From a virus, in IMG/VR virus record IMGVR_UViG_2889178456_000001: 64,000 nt of DNA; one strand, written 5' to 3'. The notes beneath the pieces are model-generated. The model had not been told where the DNA came from and ran no database searches. It saw only the letters and a program-made list of their open reading frames with translations. The position numbers were made by a program, and so were the translations under genes. The stretch's first letter is position 1. Every line of letters starts with the position of its first letter. Positions 9,672-17,691 of the stretch are shown here, one piece after another.

Positions 9672-10495
9672 CCTGTAGTAACCACCCAATCTCAAGATGG
9701 CTGCATGGACGCGCAACCTCGTACAATCGCCGCTCCAACCTGTAGTAGCCACCCGAAATCAGGGTAGCTGTAATTGCCTCAAAGCCTCGCGCGGACGCGG
9801 TGCGTCTTTAGTAGCCACCAATAATCGAGATGGCTTCATGAATACTGGATAAACCCGGCTATATTATTCAATCTGTAGTATCCACCATAATGATGGCTGC
9901 ATCTGCGTGCGGTCTTTCCTTAAAAAGGCGATAAACCTGTAGTAACCACTCAATACCTGTGTGGCTGCATATGCGGTCGCGCGAGCGAGGGTTAGCGACG
10001 GTCCCTGTAGTAGCCACCTACATAAGGTGGCTAGATGCCTTTACGATATCGCTCGTAATCATTGCCTTTAATAACCACCCATAGCCAGGATGGCTGCACC
10101 AGTGCGCTGGATGCTTTCTATAATCGACACCTGTAGTAACCACTCAATATCAGTGTGGCTTCATCTTTGCTGTTTGACGATCACACAACGCATGTCCTGT
10201 AGTAACCACTCAATATTAGTGTGGCTGCATCTTCGTTCCGCATGGCGCCATGTGTAACGAGCCTGTAGTAACCACCCAATCCTAGGATGGCTGCATCAAG
10301 GCTCCTGGGTGGCTCAGGAGGCAGTTCCCTGTAGTAACCACTCAATATCAGTGTGGCTGCATCCGAAAGCCAAGGCTCGCCGCGCACCTCACCCCTGTAG
10401 TAACCACTCAATATTAGTGTGGCTGCATCCAGGAGATAAATCATGAGTAAATACATACACCTGTAGTAACCACTCAATATCAGTGTGGCTGCATC
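9672..10495 (-). CRISPR. CRISPR array 1: 13 repeats (32-36 nt) plus a probable degenerate 14th at about 9607-9641; spacers about 27-32 nt
   Basis: Minus-strand repeat GATGCAGCCACACTGATATTGAGTGGTTACTACAGG; + strand starts at 9672, 9739, 9805, 9872, 9936, 10004, 10065, 10130, 10196, 10262, 10328, 10394, 10460 (period about 66); most uniform next to dinG. Confidence 0.96.
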
Positions 10496-10648
10496 CGATA
10501 GTTGCTTATAGCAATGAATTCATTGAAGGAAAAGGTATCCTGACCTACTATTTTTGTGTTTTCCATCAGAATTTGTCGCCATCGTTTTCATTTTTAGGAC
10601 CGAGACCCGACTTTGGTAAAAGCGTAGCACGAATGCGCTGAAAACAGA
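10496..10648 (-). promoter_or_regulatory. AT-rich leader of array 1
   Basis: Non-coding, between the dinG stop and the best-conserved repeat; ends ...ATCG|GATGC, as does the array 2 leader. Confidence 0.6.
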
Positions 10649-12340
10649 TCAGAAAGTCAGCAGAACCTTGGCCTTTTTATTGATCTCTTCTTTTACGCGG
10701 GACTGGAGAGCCTCAATAGAAACGACGTTGTTGCCATCCTTATGAACATAGGCGTGGCAGTTCCGGCAAAGCACAGCGACATCTTCCATCCTGGTTTCGC
10801 CAGCACCACGCAGCGCCAGAGGGTTCAAGTGGTGTACCTCGAGCTGACGAATGTGAAATATCGTGCTGTCGCAGTTACCTTGGCATTTAGTGCCGTGATG
10901 AAGGAGAGCTTCCCGACGCACATGCGGGCTGCGTTCTGCTTTAGTGGTTTGAGAAGATACCTTGCGCCCTTCGTGATAGCCCGTTTTGAATCTATCGGGG
11001 ATAAATTTCGTTCCCAGATCTTCGATACGAGGGTCACAAAACACAACCCGGCAGTAAGCGTCAGGAGAGCGAAGACCCCTGCCCTGCCCCTGGATCAGAC
11101 GACGGATCGCAGCATTCTTGCTATCAGTGTAAGAAGACATGCTTTGGGTCACCATCATGTCAGGCTCATTTTCCAGCCATTCGTCGCCCAGCGCCTTTGG
11201 AGCAGCATAGGGAACCTGAGGGAAAATGATGGTGGTGAACGGCTCGGGCACATCGAGACCGGCCCAAGCGCCAGCAGCGATCAGGATCTTGCTGTTGCCC
11301 ATGCGCTCAGCTGCCTCAGTAGTGGTCTCATCGCGCTCACGCACCACGGCTTCAGGGATCTTTTCGCCGATCTCTTGAGCCAGACGGTGCGAAGGGGTGA
11401 TGACCAGGGTGCGGCCGTCGTTTGCAGCATCCATGGCTTGCTCAACAACAGTATTCATCCACCCTTCAGTGTTGTGGGCATCATCAAGATAGAAGTCATA
11501 GTGAAGGGTGCCGTGCTTCTTCGGAGAAATCATAGTCGAGAGAGGGCTGATGCGATCAATACCCATGGCCCGCTTAAAGTCATTGAAGTTGCCACCAATG
11601 CTGAGGGTAGCTGACATGAACACGGTGCTGGAGCGGTTACTGATCTTCTTGAGGATGCGACCAGGAAGACGGCTGTAGACAGCCAGATCGCCACGAGAGG
11701 TAACACCGCACTTGCGGAACCAGGACGGCTCTTCGGTGAGCCCTTCCAAGGCAAGACGCGCCTTCGCTTTTGTCTCTGCATCGAGACCTTCCTTGGTGAG
11801 CAGAGCGCCCACGATATCCAAGGGTTTGGTTGCTTTGATGTTGAAGGCTTTCAGCTCGTCCCGGGTGATCGTCATTTCAGAGGTTAGGGCTGCGAGATCG
11901 GGCAGCATGTCGGCTTCATCAAACAGGATGGCGTCACGCTCGGTTACCCCATTGTACTGGCCCTTGAGGCGTTGGTCGAAGATCACGGAGCTGGAGGTGC
12001 AGAGCATGATATCTGCGCGCAGACACTGCTCTTTGTTCTCGAGGTATTCAGTTTCGCTATCGAAGAAAGACTTGGGGCGGAAAGCGGCTACTGTGACACG
12101 AGGGTAGATGTCTTGAATGACGGTAAGATCAGAGGAGGCAAGAAGCTGGTCTATGAGAGCGTGGGTGGGGAAGCAGATGGCAATTTTCTGTTCGGAACGG
12201 GCAGCGGCATTCAAGTAAGCGCGCGTCTTGCCGACCCCGGTAGTTGCCTCAATCAGAAGAGGGCCGGTTGGGTTTGCGAGGTGGCTCGATATGCGGTCGT
12301 TGAATTCGGTTTGTTCTTCGGAACGGAAAAGGGTTTTCAT
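10649..12340 (-). CDS. dinG: Type IV-A CasDinG helicase with C-terminal HNH nuclease fusion
   Basis: Walker A EATTGVGKT, FDEAD, MSATL, QGQGRGLR; C-terminal CQGNC...EVHHLNPL...LCRNCHAYVH. Start set at MKTLFRS. Confidence 0.92.
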   Translation of the reverse strand: MKTLFRSEEQTEFNDRISSHLANPTGPLLIEATTGVGKTRAYLNAAARSEQKIAICFPTHALIDQLLASSDLTVIQDIYPRVTVAAFRPKSFFDSETEYLENKEQCLRADIMLCTSSSVIFDQRLKGQYNGVTERDAILFDEADMLPDLAALTSEMTITRDELKAFNIKATKPLDIVGALLTKEGLDAETKAKARLALEGLTEEPSWFRKCGVTSRGDLAVYSRLPGRILKKISNRSSTVFMSATLSIGGNFNDFKRAMGIDRISPLSTMISPKKHGTLHYDFYLDDAHNTEGWMNTVVEQAMDAANDGRTLVITPSHRLAQEIGEKIPEAVVRERDETTTEAAERMGNSKILIAAGAWAGLDVPEPFTTIIFPQVPYAAPKALGDEWLENEPDMMVTQSMSSYTDSKNAAIRRLIQGQGRGLRSPDAYCRVVFCDPRIEDLGTKFIPDRFKTGYHEGRKVSSQTTKAERSPHVRREALLHHGTKCQGNCDSTIFHIRQLEVHHLNPLALRGAGETRMEDVAVLCRNCHAYVHKDGNNVVSIEALQSRVKEEINKKAKVLLTF

Positions 12341-12449
12341 CAAATGTCTCGCGGTATGCAGAAGCAAAAGGCTTCGTCTGTTCTTAAATCTTCCAAGACC
12401 AGCAAGGCTTGGCAAGAACAGTAATAGCAAACTCTAAAACAAAGTAAAG

Positions 12450-12532
12450 TCTATCCTTGATCTATTCATTAATAAAATACGCTATATCAAGGATAGATTT
12501 GGTCTGACGAGATTATCCTTAGTTATCCTTGA
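12450..12532. promoter_or_regulatory. Operator-like repeats upstream of dinG-HNH
   Basis: Perfect 12-bp inverted repeat TCTATCCTTGAT (12450-12461) / ATCAAGGATAGA (12486-12497), plus two more TATCCTT copies at about 12514 and 12524. Confidence 0.5.
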
Positions 12533-12535
12533 ACG

Positions 12536-12570
12536 GAAAGTGCCCCGGAGATTTCTCCCCGAGGCACTTC
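12536..12570 (-). terminator. Probable terminator after csf2
   Basis: Imperfect GC hairpin AAGTGCC...GGCACTT with a short U-tract on the minus strand, about 25 nt after the csf2 stop. Confidence 0.55.
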
Positions 12571-12594
12571 GTTGATCGTTAGTTGGTAGTTGTG

Positions 12595-13569
12595 TTAGGC
12601 GGCGGCCTGCACAACCTCCGAAACCTTGGCAGCATCGAAGTCCGTGGTTTCGATGGTCTCTACGATTTTGCCATCAACTTTGATGGTGGCAACCATTTTC
12701 ACGTGACCACAGCCACGAGCCTGATTGCCGCCCAGCAGCGGGTACTGGCTCAGGGTTTCCAGCCAGGTGCGGATCACGCCAACATCGGTTTCACGCGGAT
12801 TGTCAATGATCAGGAAGCCTTTCCATTCAACACCGGCAGGCAGGGCATAGAAGGAAGCCAGGTTCTTGGAAGAGACCTTCATCCCGCCCATTTCGTCTTC
12901 ATACTTCTTCAACTGAGCCTGAGCGTCAGCCAGAGCCGATTTCAGATCCTTGTTGTCCTTGTCCCTCCACAGCTTGCGCTCGATCTGCGAAACGATAGCG
13001 GCAGCAGCAGAACGCTTCTGGTTCGCAGAAGACCGGGCATAGAAAGCCTGCTGGTTTTCGTCATCCAGCAGATCGACAGCACCTTCGGTATCGTCGATAT
13101 CTTTCTTCACCACACCGAAGGCTTCCGGCAGGACATCGATCTCGGGCATCAGGTTCGACATCTTCAGACGCGATGCCATGTTCAGGCCGCAACCAAACAG
13201 GTCTGCAACGGCATTGATCTCTTTCTGACGCTCAGTGCGAGCATCGGCCAGGTTGATCGTTTCCGCAGCGGTCTCAGATGCAGCATCCTGCCCAGTAATC
13301 GCTTTATAGGCATCTTGCAGAGTGTATGCTTTACCCTCAGCAGCGGCCTTCTCCATCAGCGGGATGGCCATTGCACGGCGGGCGCTGCCACGCAGGGTGG
13401 TTGCTGGGATATAGGCAGTCTGGATCGCCTCACCATCGGCATTCAGGCCACGGGTCATGACGGGAGCACCATCCCACTTGTTTTCGCGCAGGCCCTGCGG
13501 TGTTGGGAGCTTGATGCTCAGCGGGCTCTGGGTGGTCAGGGTCAGGTCGACTTTGATGATCTTTTTCAT
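12595..13569 (-). CDS. csf2: Type IV Cas7-family backbone subunit Csf2
   Basis: RAMP features: LTTQSPLSI, YIPATTLRGSARR, DLFG, Gly loop LGGNQARGCGHV; AAAGGA RBS. Confidence 0.9.
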   Translation of the reverse strand: MKKIIKVDLTLTTQSPLSIKLPTPQGLRENKWDGAPVMTRGLNADGEAIQTAYIPATTLRGSARRAMAIPLMEKAAAEGKAYTLQDAYKAITGQDAASETAAETINLADARTERQKEINAVADLFGCGLNMASRLKMSNLMPEIDVLPEAFGVVKKDIDDTEGAVDLLDDENQQAFYARSSANQKRSAAAAIVSQIERKLWRDKDNKDLKSALADAQAQLKKYEDEMGGMKVSSKNLASFYALPAGVEWKGFLIIDNPRETDVGVIRTWLETLSQYPLLGGNQARGCGHVKMVATIKVDGKIVETIETTDFDAAKVSEVVQAAA

Positions 13570-13595
13570 ATTTTCAGTTCCTTTGTATGAAGTAG

Positions 13596-14090
13596 TTAGA
13601 TTACGATGAGGCCACGGCCGTAGGCCTTGCCAGGAGTGGAGACGCCCTCTCTGAGGACAGCTTTGAAAGCGTCGAGGTCGGTGACCTTCAGAACGCCGGT
13701 GAAGTCGGTTTTGTCCATGCTGAAGCCTTTGCCTTTGGCAATCTTCTCCGGCTCGCTTGACACATGACAGGCGATGATCTCGAAACCATTAGCGCGGCGG
13801 TCGAGCCACTCTTTGCGGGAGCGCCAGTCTTTGGGAGAGAAGTACTTATGCTTGCCCCGAGTTTTCTTGCCGCAGGAAGCCCGCAATTGAAAGGAAACCA
13901 CGTCGCCCTCTTTGATGTCGCGAACAGGCACAGCATTGTTGGTCAGATCGGGGCTCTCGCTCCGCACAACGATATGGTCATCGTTCACAACATGCAGAGC
14001 GCGGCCGCCATCTGTCATTTGCTCAAGAAGCTGGTGAACAGCATACCCATCGATACCAGCGGGTTTGGGGATAAGGTGATCAAACAGCAA
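13596..14090 (-). CDS. cas6: Cas6 crRNA processing endonuclease (Cas6e-like), short
   Basis: FQLRA, EWLDRR, FTGVLKVTDLDAF and terminal G-loop GKAYGRGL; overlaps csf1. Confidence 0.82.
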   Translation of the reverse strand: MLFDHLIPKPAGIDGYAVHQLLEQMTDGGRALHVVNDDHIVVRSESPDLTNNAVPVRDIKEGDVVSFQLRASCGKKTRGKHKYFSPKDWRSRKEWLDRRANGFEIIACHVSSEPEKIAKGKGFSMDKTDFTGVLKVTDLDAFKAVLREGVSTPGKAYGRGLIVI

Positions 14091-14574
14091 CTTTAAGCTC
14101 CTTCTCGGCTTTGATTTTGGCTTTCATCATGCGCTTGTGCATGGGGGTGTTGGCTTCTTCGAACATGTTGAAGGTCTCGGTGTCGCCGGGGGAGCAGATG
14201 CGCATGACCCGGGGATCGTAGCTCAGGTAGATGTTCGAAAGCGGGAATGCGGCATTGGTGAACGTCAGGAAGCACCAAGGCTTCGGCAGTCGATCAATCG
14301 CATAGAGGAATGCCTCATGTGCTTTCATGTCCGGTTCCGTGAGCACATTGTCGTACATGAACTCAGAGTTGGTCATGAAGCCGCCGTTGTAGACCACAAC
14401 CCACGCACCCTTCATGAAGCGCTTGGTTTTCGGGTTCCCTTTGGCATCAACCTTGTCGACCATCGGGTGCGGCATTGAGAGCGCACGCTCGGTCTTTTTA
14501 ACAGGGCAGTTGATCGCAGGATCGATATCGAATTGGCCTGCAAAGTGCTCAGCCAGAAATTCAAAGGTGTTCAT
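14080..14574 (-). CDS. csf1: Probable Csf1 (Cas8-like) subunit, small
   Basis: Translationally coupled between csf3 and cas6; called mainly by position, with weak sequence cues (PKPWCF). Confidence 0.55.
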   Translation of the reverse strand: MNTFEFLAEHFAGQFDIDPAINCPVKKTERALSMPHPMVDKVDAKGNPKTKRFMKGAWVVVYNGGFMTNSEFMYDNVLTEPDMKAHEAFLYAIDRLPKPWCFLTFTNAAFPLSNIYLSYDPRVMRICSPGDTETFNMFEEANTPMHKRMMKAKIKAEKELKVAV

Positions 14575-15197
14575 GCTGCATTCTCCATCGGCATATAGCA
14601 GGCAGCCCGGTTCATGGGGTCGTAATAGCGGGGGCGCCAGGCGGCATCGACAAGAGGAAGATCACGGTTGCCTGCAAACCGATCTTCGGGAACTGGACGC
14701 AATGGATTGCCCTGATCATCCATGATGCCATCGAAATCGCTTTCTTCGATGGACCAGCCGCCTTCAACGATCTGACCGTAGCCCTGCGACCGCTTTTTGC
14801 CGAGGAAGTAAACGTCTTTCAGCAGAGCGTGGATGCCATGCATGTCGCCTTCGCAGTGCCAGCTGACCGTCGCAGTCGTAAAGGTCGGATAGGTGTGAAA
14901 GACGTTACCGCAGCCCTTACGACGCTGGATATCATACATCTTGTGGGTGCCACCGTTCTTGTTCTTCTTGATGAGATCGGGGTCCAAACGGTGTTGGCCA
15001 TGCAGACCGGCAATGAAGCCGACCTTGCCATGAATGGGGGTCTCAAGAATGGCGCTCGATGCGTGAAAGAGACCATCAGTCTGCTTCAGAGGGATGTCAG
15101 GATCGCCCTTGAGGCACATAAGGAGAGCGTCAAAGGTCATCTCTCCTTGCTTGATGAGCGGCGAGGCAAGCTGCGCCGTGATCTTGAGTTTGTGCAT
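14571..15197 (-). CDS. csf3: Type IV Cas5-family subunit Csf3
   Basis: LKITAQLASPL, TFDALL, FLGKKRSQGYGQI, RPVP, WRPRYY; start shares the GGAACTGA upstream motif with csf2. Confidence 0.87.
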   Translation of the reverse strand: MHKLKITAQLASPLIKQGEMTFDALLMCLKGDPDIPLKQTDGLFHASSAILETPIHGKVGFIAGLHGQHRLDPDLIKKNKNGGTHKMYDIQRRKGCGNVFHTYPTFTTATVSWHCEGDMHGIHALLKDVYFLGKKRSQGYGQIVEGGWSIEESDFDGIMDDQGNPLRPVPEDRFAGNRDLPLVDAAWRPRYYDPMNRAACYMPMENAA

Positions 15198-15267
15198 GTC
15201 AGTTCCGATTGTAATTCGTGTTGTTGGCTTCATAGCAAGAACAGTTCATGGTCTGCAAGTATAAATT

Positions 15268-15284
15268 AACATTTTATTAATGTT
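15268..15284. promoter_or_regulatory. Palindromic operator candidate in the divergent cas promoter region
   Basis: AACATT-TTATT-AATGTT in an AT-rich gap. Confidence 0.35.
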
Positions 15285-15368
15285 TGTTCGTGTAAGGGCC
15301 TAAGCAGGCATGGAAAGATGCAGGTTTCTAGCCACTTCATAGGGGTACAGAGAAGGATTTCGATCATC

Positions 15369-15932
15369 ATGGATAGTAAGAGCACTAAAATTTACATCGG
15401 CGCCAAAACCGCTCACGTCGGGAATATTGTCAGACTTACCGGCGCTCTCTACCGCGCGTTGGAGGATGAAGGCGTCCTCTTGGACGTCTTGTCTGCATAC
15501 GAGGGGAAAGACCCTGACGACTGTCAGCAATCGATATTGCGTATGATCCGGGAATCTACCCTGGGAGACGGCAATATTATGCGAGAGGGATCTGAATTCC
15601 TGATCCCCCTCACCCTGCCCGAGCACGTTAAGATCGACGGGCCGGTTCATCGCAGTATCGAAAAATGTGCGCTCAAGTGCGAGATGTCAGCCTTAGCTTT
15701 CGCTCACACTCTAAAAGATGAAGGCTACGCTATATTTGCTTTCACTTCTGAGCAAAGCCGCATCATCGGAGATTGCAAGCTCACCGCTTTTGGCGACGGC
15801 TTCGCAGATATTGCCAAGCACATGGGATTTCATCCTCTTGCTGAAGAAGTTGCGACCATAGAGGCGCTCATCACTCAGCACTACGAAGAGAACCCAACGA
15901 TGGAATCCGACAATGCGCCCAGCGCACCGTGA
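15369..15932 (+). CDS. Hypothetical protein divergent from the cas operon
   Basis: ATG after AGAAGG; no recognised family. Confidence 0.65.
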   Translation: MDSKSTKIYIGAKTAHVGNIVRLTGALYRALEDEGVLLDVLSAYEGKDPDDCQQSILRMIRESTLGDGNIMREGSEFLIPLTLPEHVKIDGPVHRSIEKCALKCEMSALAFAHTLKDEGYAIFAFTSEQSRIIGDCKLTAFGDGFADIAKHMGFHPLAEEVATIEALITQHYEENPTMESDNAPSAP

Positions 15933-15999
15933 TCAGGTATCGTTAATCTCTATTTAACTGCCCCCAGATAATGTGCGCGAGCTCTTCAAGAGGATTGAT

Positions 16000-17691
16000 A
16001 TGGCTCGCGCACCTAAAATTACCGGCTCCCCATTACAGTTGAAGTTACCCGCGTCGACCCTCTGGATCGTCGGTATATTCAGTCTTGCAGTGAACATGCT
16101 CCTGCTGGCCGGTCCCATCTATATGCTTCAGGTCTACGACAGAGTGCTTGGAAGCCGCTCAGAGGCCACCTTGGTGGCTCTCACGGCTATTTTGGTTGCC
16201 CTCTATGGGTTCATGGCATCATTCGACTACATTCGCGGCCGTCTGCTAGCTCGCATGAGCGCACAGATGCAACAAAAGCTAGATCCAGCGATCTTTCGAT
16301 CTGATCTTTTGGATTCCATCGGAGACCGAACGGGCCCCAAAGACATCGAGATGGTCCAGAAGATGCTTTCCTCTCCGGTGTTCGTGGCTTTCTTCGATCT
16401 TCCTTGGACACCCGTATTTCTGGCTGGCATCGCAATCTTCCATCCGGCGCTGGGCGTGCTTGCCCTAGTAGGTGGTGCCATCATTGTCGCGCTCTCTGTT
16501 CTGAACCAAGCCTCCTCACAAAGCGCAGCAATGGCTCAGATGACCGCATCTTCTAAAGCAAATATGATTGCCATGCAGTCGATCAGATCCTCAGAAGACA
16601 TTCAGGCGCTGGGCATGCGCGGTAGTGTGGCGGCTCGCTGGACGAAGTTCCGTGAAGAAGCCTTGGCCGAAAATATGAAATCAGGTGATCGTCAAGGAGG
16701 ATTCCTGTCAACAACCAAAGCTCTCCGGCTGTTCTTGCAATCTGCCATGCTTGGTTTGGGCGCCTATCTGGTACTCTTGGGAGAGCTGACACCCGGTGCC
16801 ATGATTGCTGGCTCCATTCTTCTTGGCCGTGCTCTCCAGCCTGTAGAGCAAATTATGGGTCAGTGGCAAAACGTACAGCAAGCACGCACGGCTTGGACCA
16901 ACATCAAGTCAAAGCTCAGCGCCCTGCCTGTCGAGACCCCAAAGACTGACATTTCGAAGCCCACTGGGCAACTTAAGGTGGCGAGCATGACCATTGTGCC
17001 ACCTGGCAATGTCAAAGCCACCTTGGCGATGATAGATTTCGAGATCCCTGCTGGCACTGCGCTGGGCGTCATCGGCACATCAGGATCAGGGAAATCAACT
17101 CTGGCTCGTGCAATCACAGGCGTTTGGAAACCTGCTGGAGGCCGCATTAGTATGGATGGATGGCCCATTAATCACTTTGATGGCGACGTCCTCGGCCGCC
17201 ATATCGGGTACCTATCACAACAGGTGGTTCTTTTTGACGGTACGATTGCTCAGAATATCGCACGCATGGAGGAAGACCCGGATCCTGAAGCTGTTTTGGA
17301 AGCCGCCAGGAAGGCAGGCGCCACGGATCTCATCCAGTCCCTGCCGCAAGGGTTCGACACCCCTATTACAAGCACATCTACAGCGCTTTCTGGCGGCCAG
17401 ATGCAAAGGATTGCGCTTGCCCGGGCCCTTTATGGAAACCCGTCCATACTGGTTCTGGATGAACCCAACTCCAATTTAGATCAGGCCGGTATCGTTGCTC
17501 TAAACAAGGCAGTCGCCGAAACCAAGAAGGCAGGAGGCTCCATCATAATTATGGCTCACCGACCTTCGGCAATTGAGGAGTGCGACCTTCTTCTAGTGCT
17601 CGACAAGGGGCGTAAGACCGCCTTTGGGCCTCGAGATGAGGTACTCAAGAGCGTGCTGAAATCAGCACCACGGACACAGGGATCTGCGTGA
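16000..17691 (+). CDS. prtD: Type I secretion ABC transporter (PrtD family)
   Basis: MLQVYDRVL, Walker A GTSGSGKST, LSGGQ signature, LVLDEP. Confidence 0.92.
   Translation: MARAPKITGSPLQLKLPASTLWIVGIFSLAVNMLLLAGPIYMLQVYDRVLGSRSEATLVALTAILVALYGFMASFDYIRGRLLARMSAQMQQKLDPAIFRSDLLDSIGDRTGPKDIEMVQKMLSSPVFVAFFDLPWTPVFLAGIAIFHPALGVLALVGGAIIVALSVLNQASSQSAAMAQMTASSKANMIAMQSIRSSEDIQALGMRGSVAARWTKFREEALAENMKSGDRQGGFLSTTKALRLFLQSAMLGLGAYLVLLGELTPGAMIAGSILLGRALQPVEQIMGQWQNVQQARTAWTNIKSKLSALPVETPKTDISKPTGQLKVASMTIVPPGNVKATLAMIDFEIPAGTALGVIGTSGSGKSTLARAITGVWKPAGGRISMDGWPINHFDGDVLGRHIGYLSQQVVLFDGTIAQNIARMEEDPDPEAVLEAARKAGATDLIQSLPQGFDTPITSTSTALSGGQMQRIALARALYGNPSILVLDEPNSNLDQAGIVALNKAVAETKKAGGSIIIMAHRPSAIEECDLLLVLDKGRKTAFGPRDEVLKSVLKSAPRTQGSA

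Noticed and set aside
10181-10477. 98-aa repetitive ORF, and similar short ORFs at 35870-36476 and 40881-41156
   Set aside because: Read-through translations of CRISPR repeats.
7788-10495. TnpB near CRISPR array 1 as a Cas12f / type V-U system
   Set aside because: It sits in a complete tnpA-bearing IS with its own ends, has a sister copy away from any array, and the array is explained by the adjacent type IV genes.
12583-13590. Long antisense ORFs (12583-13590, 10742-11614, 2536-3081 and similar)
   Set aside because: Shadows of well-supported genes on the opposite strand, with no motifs of their own.
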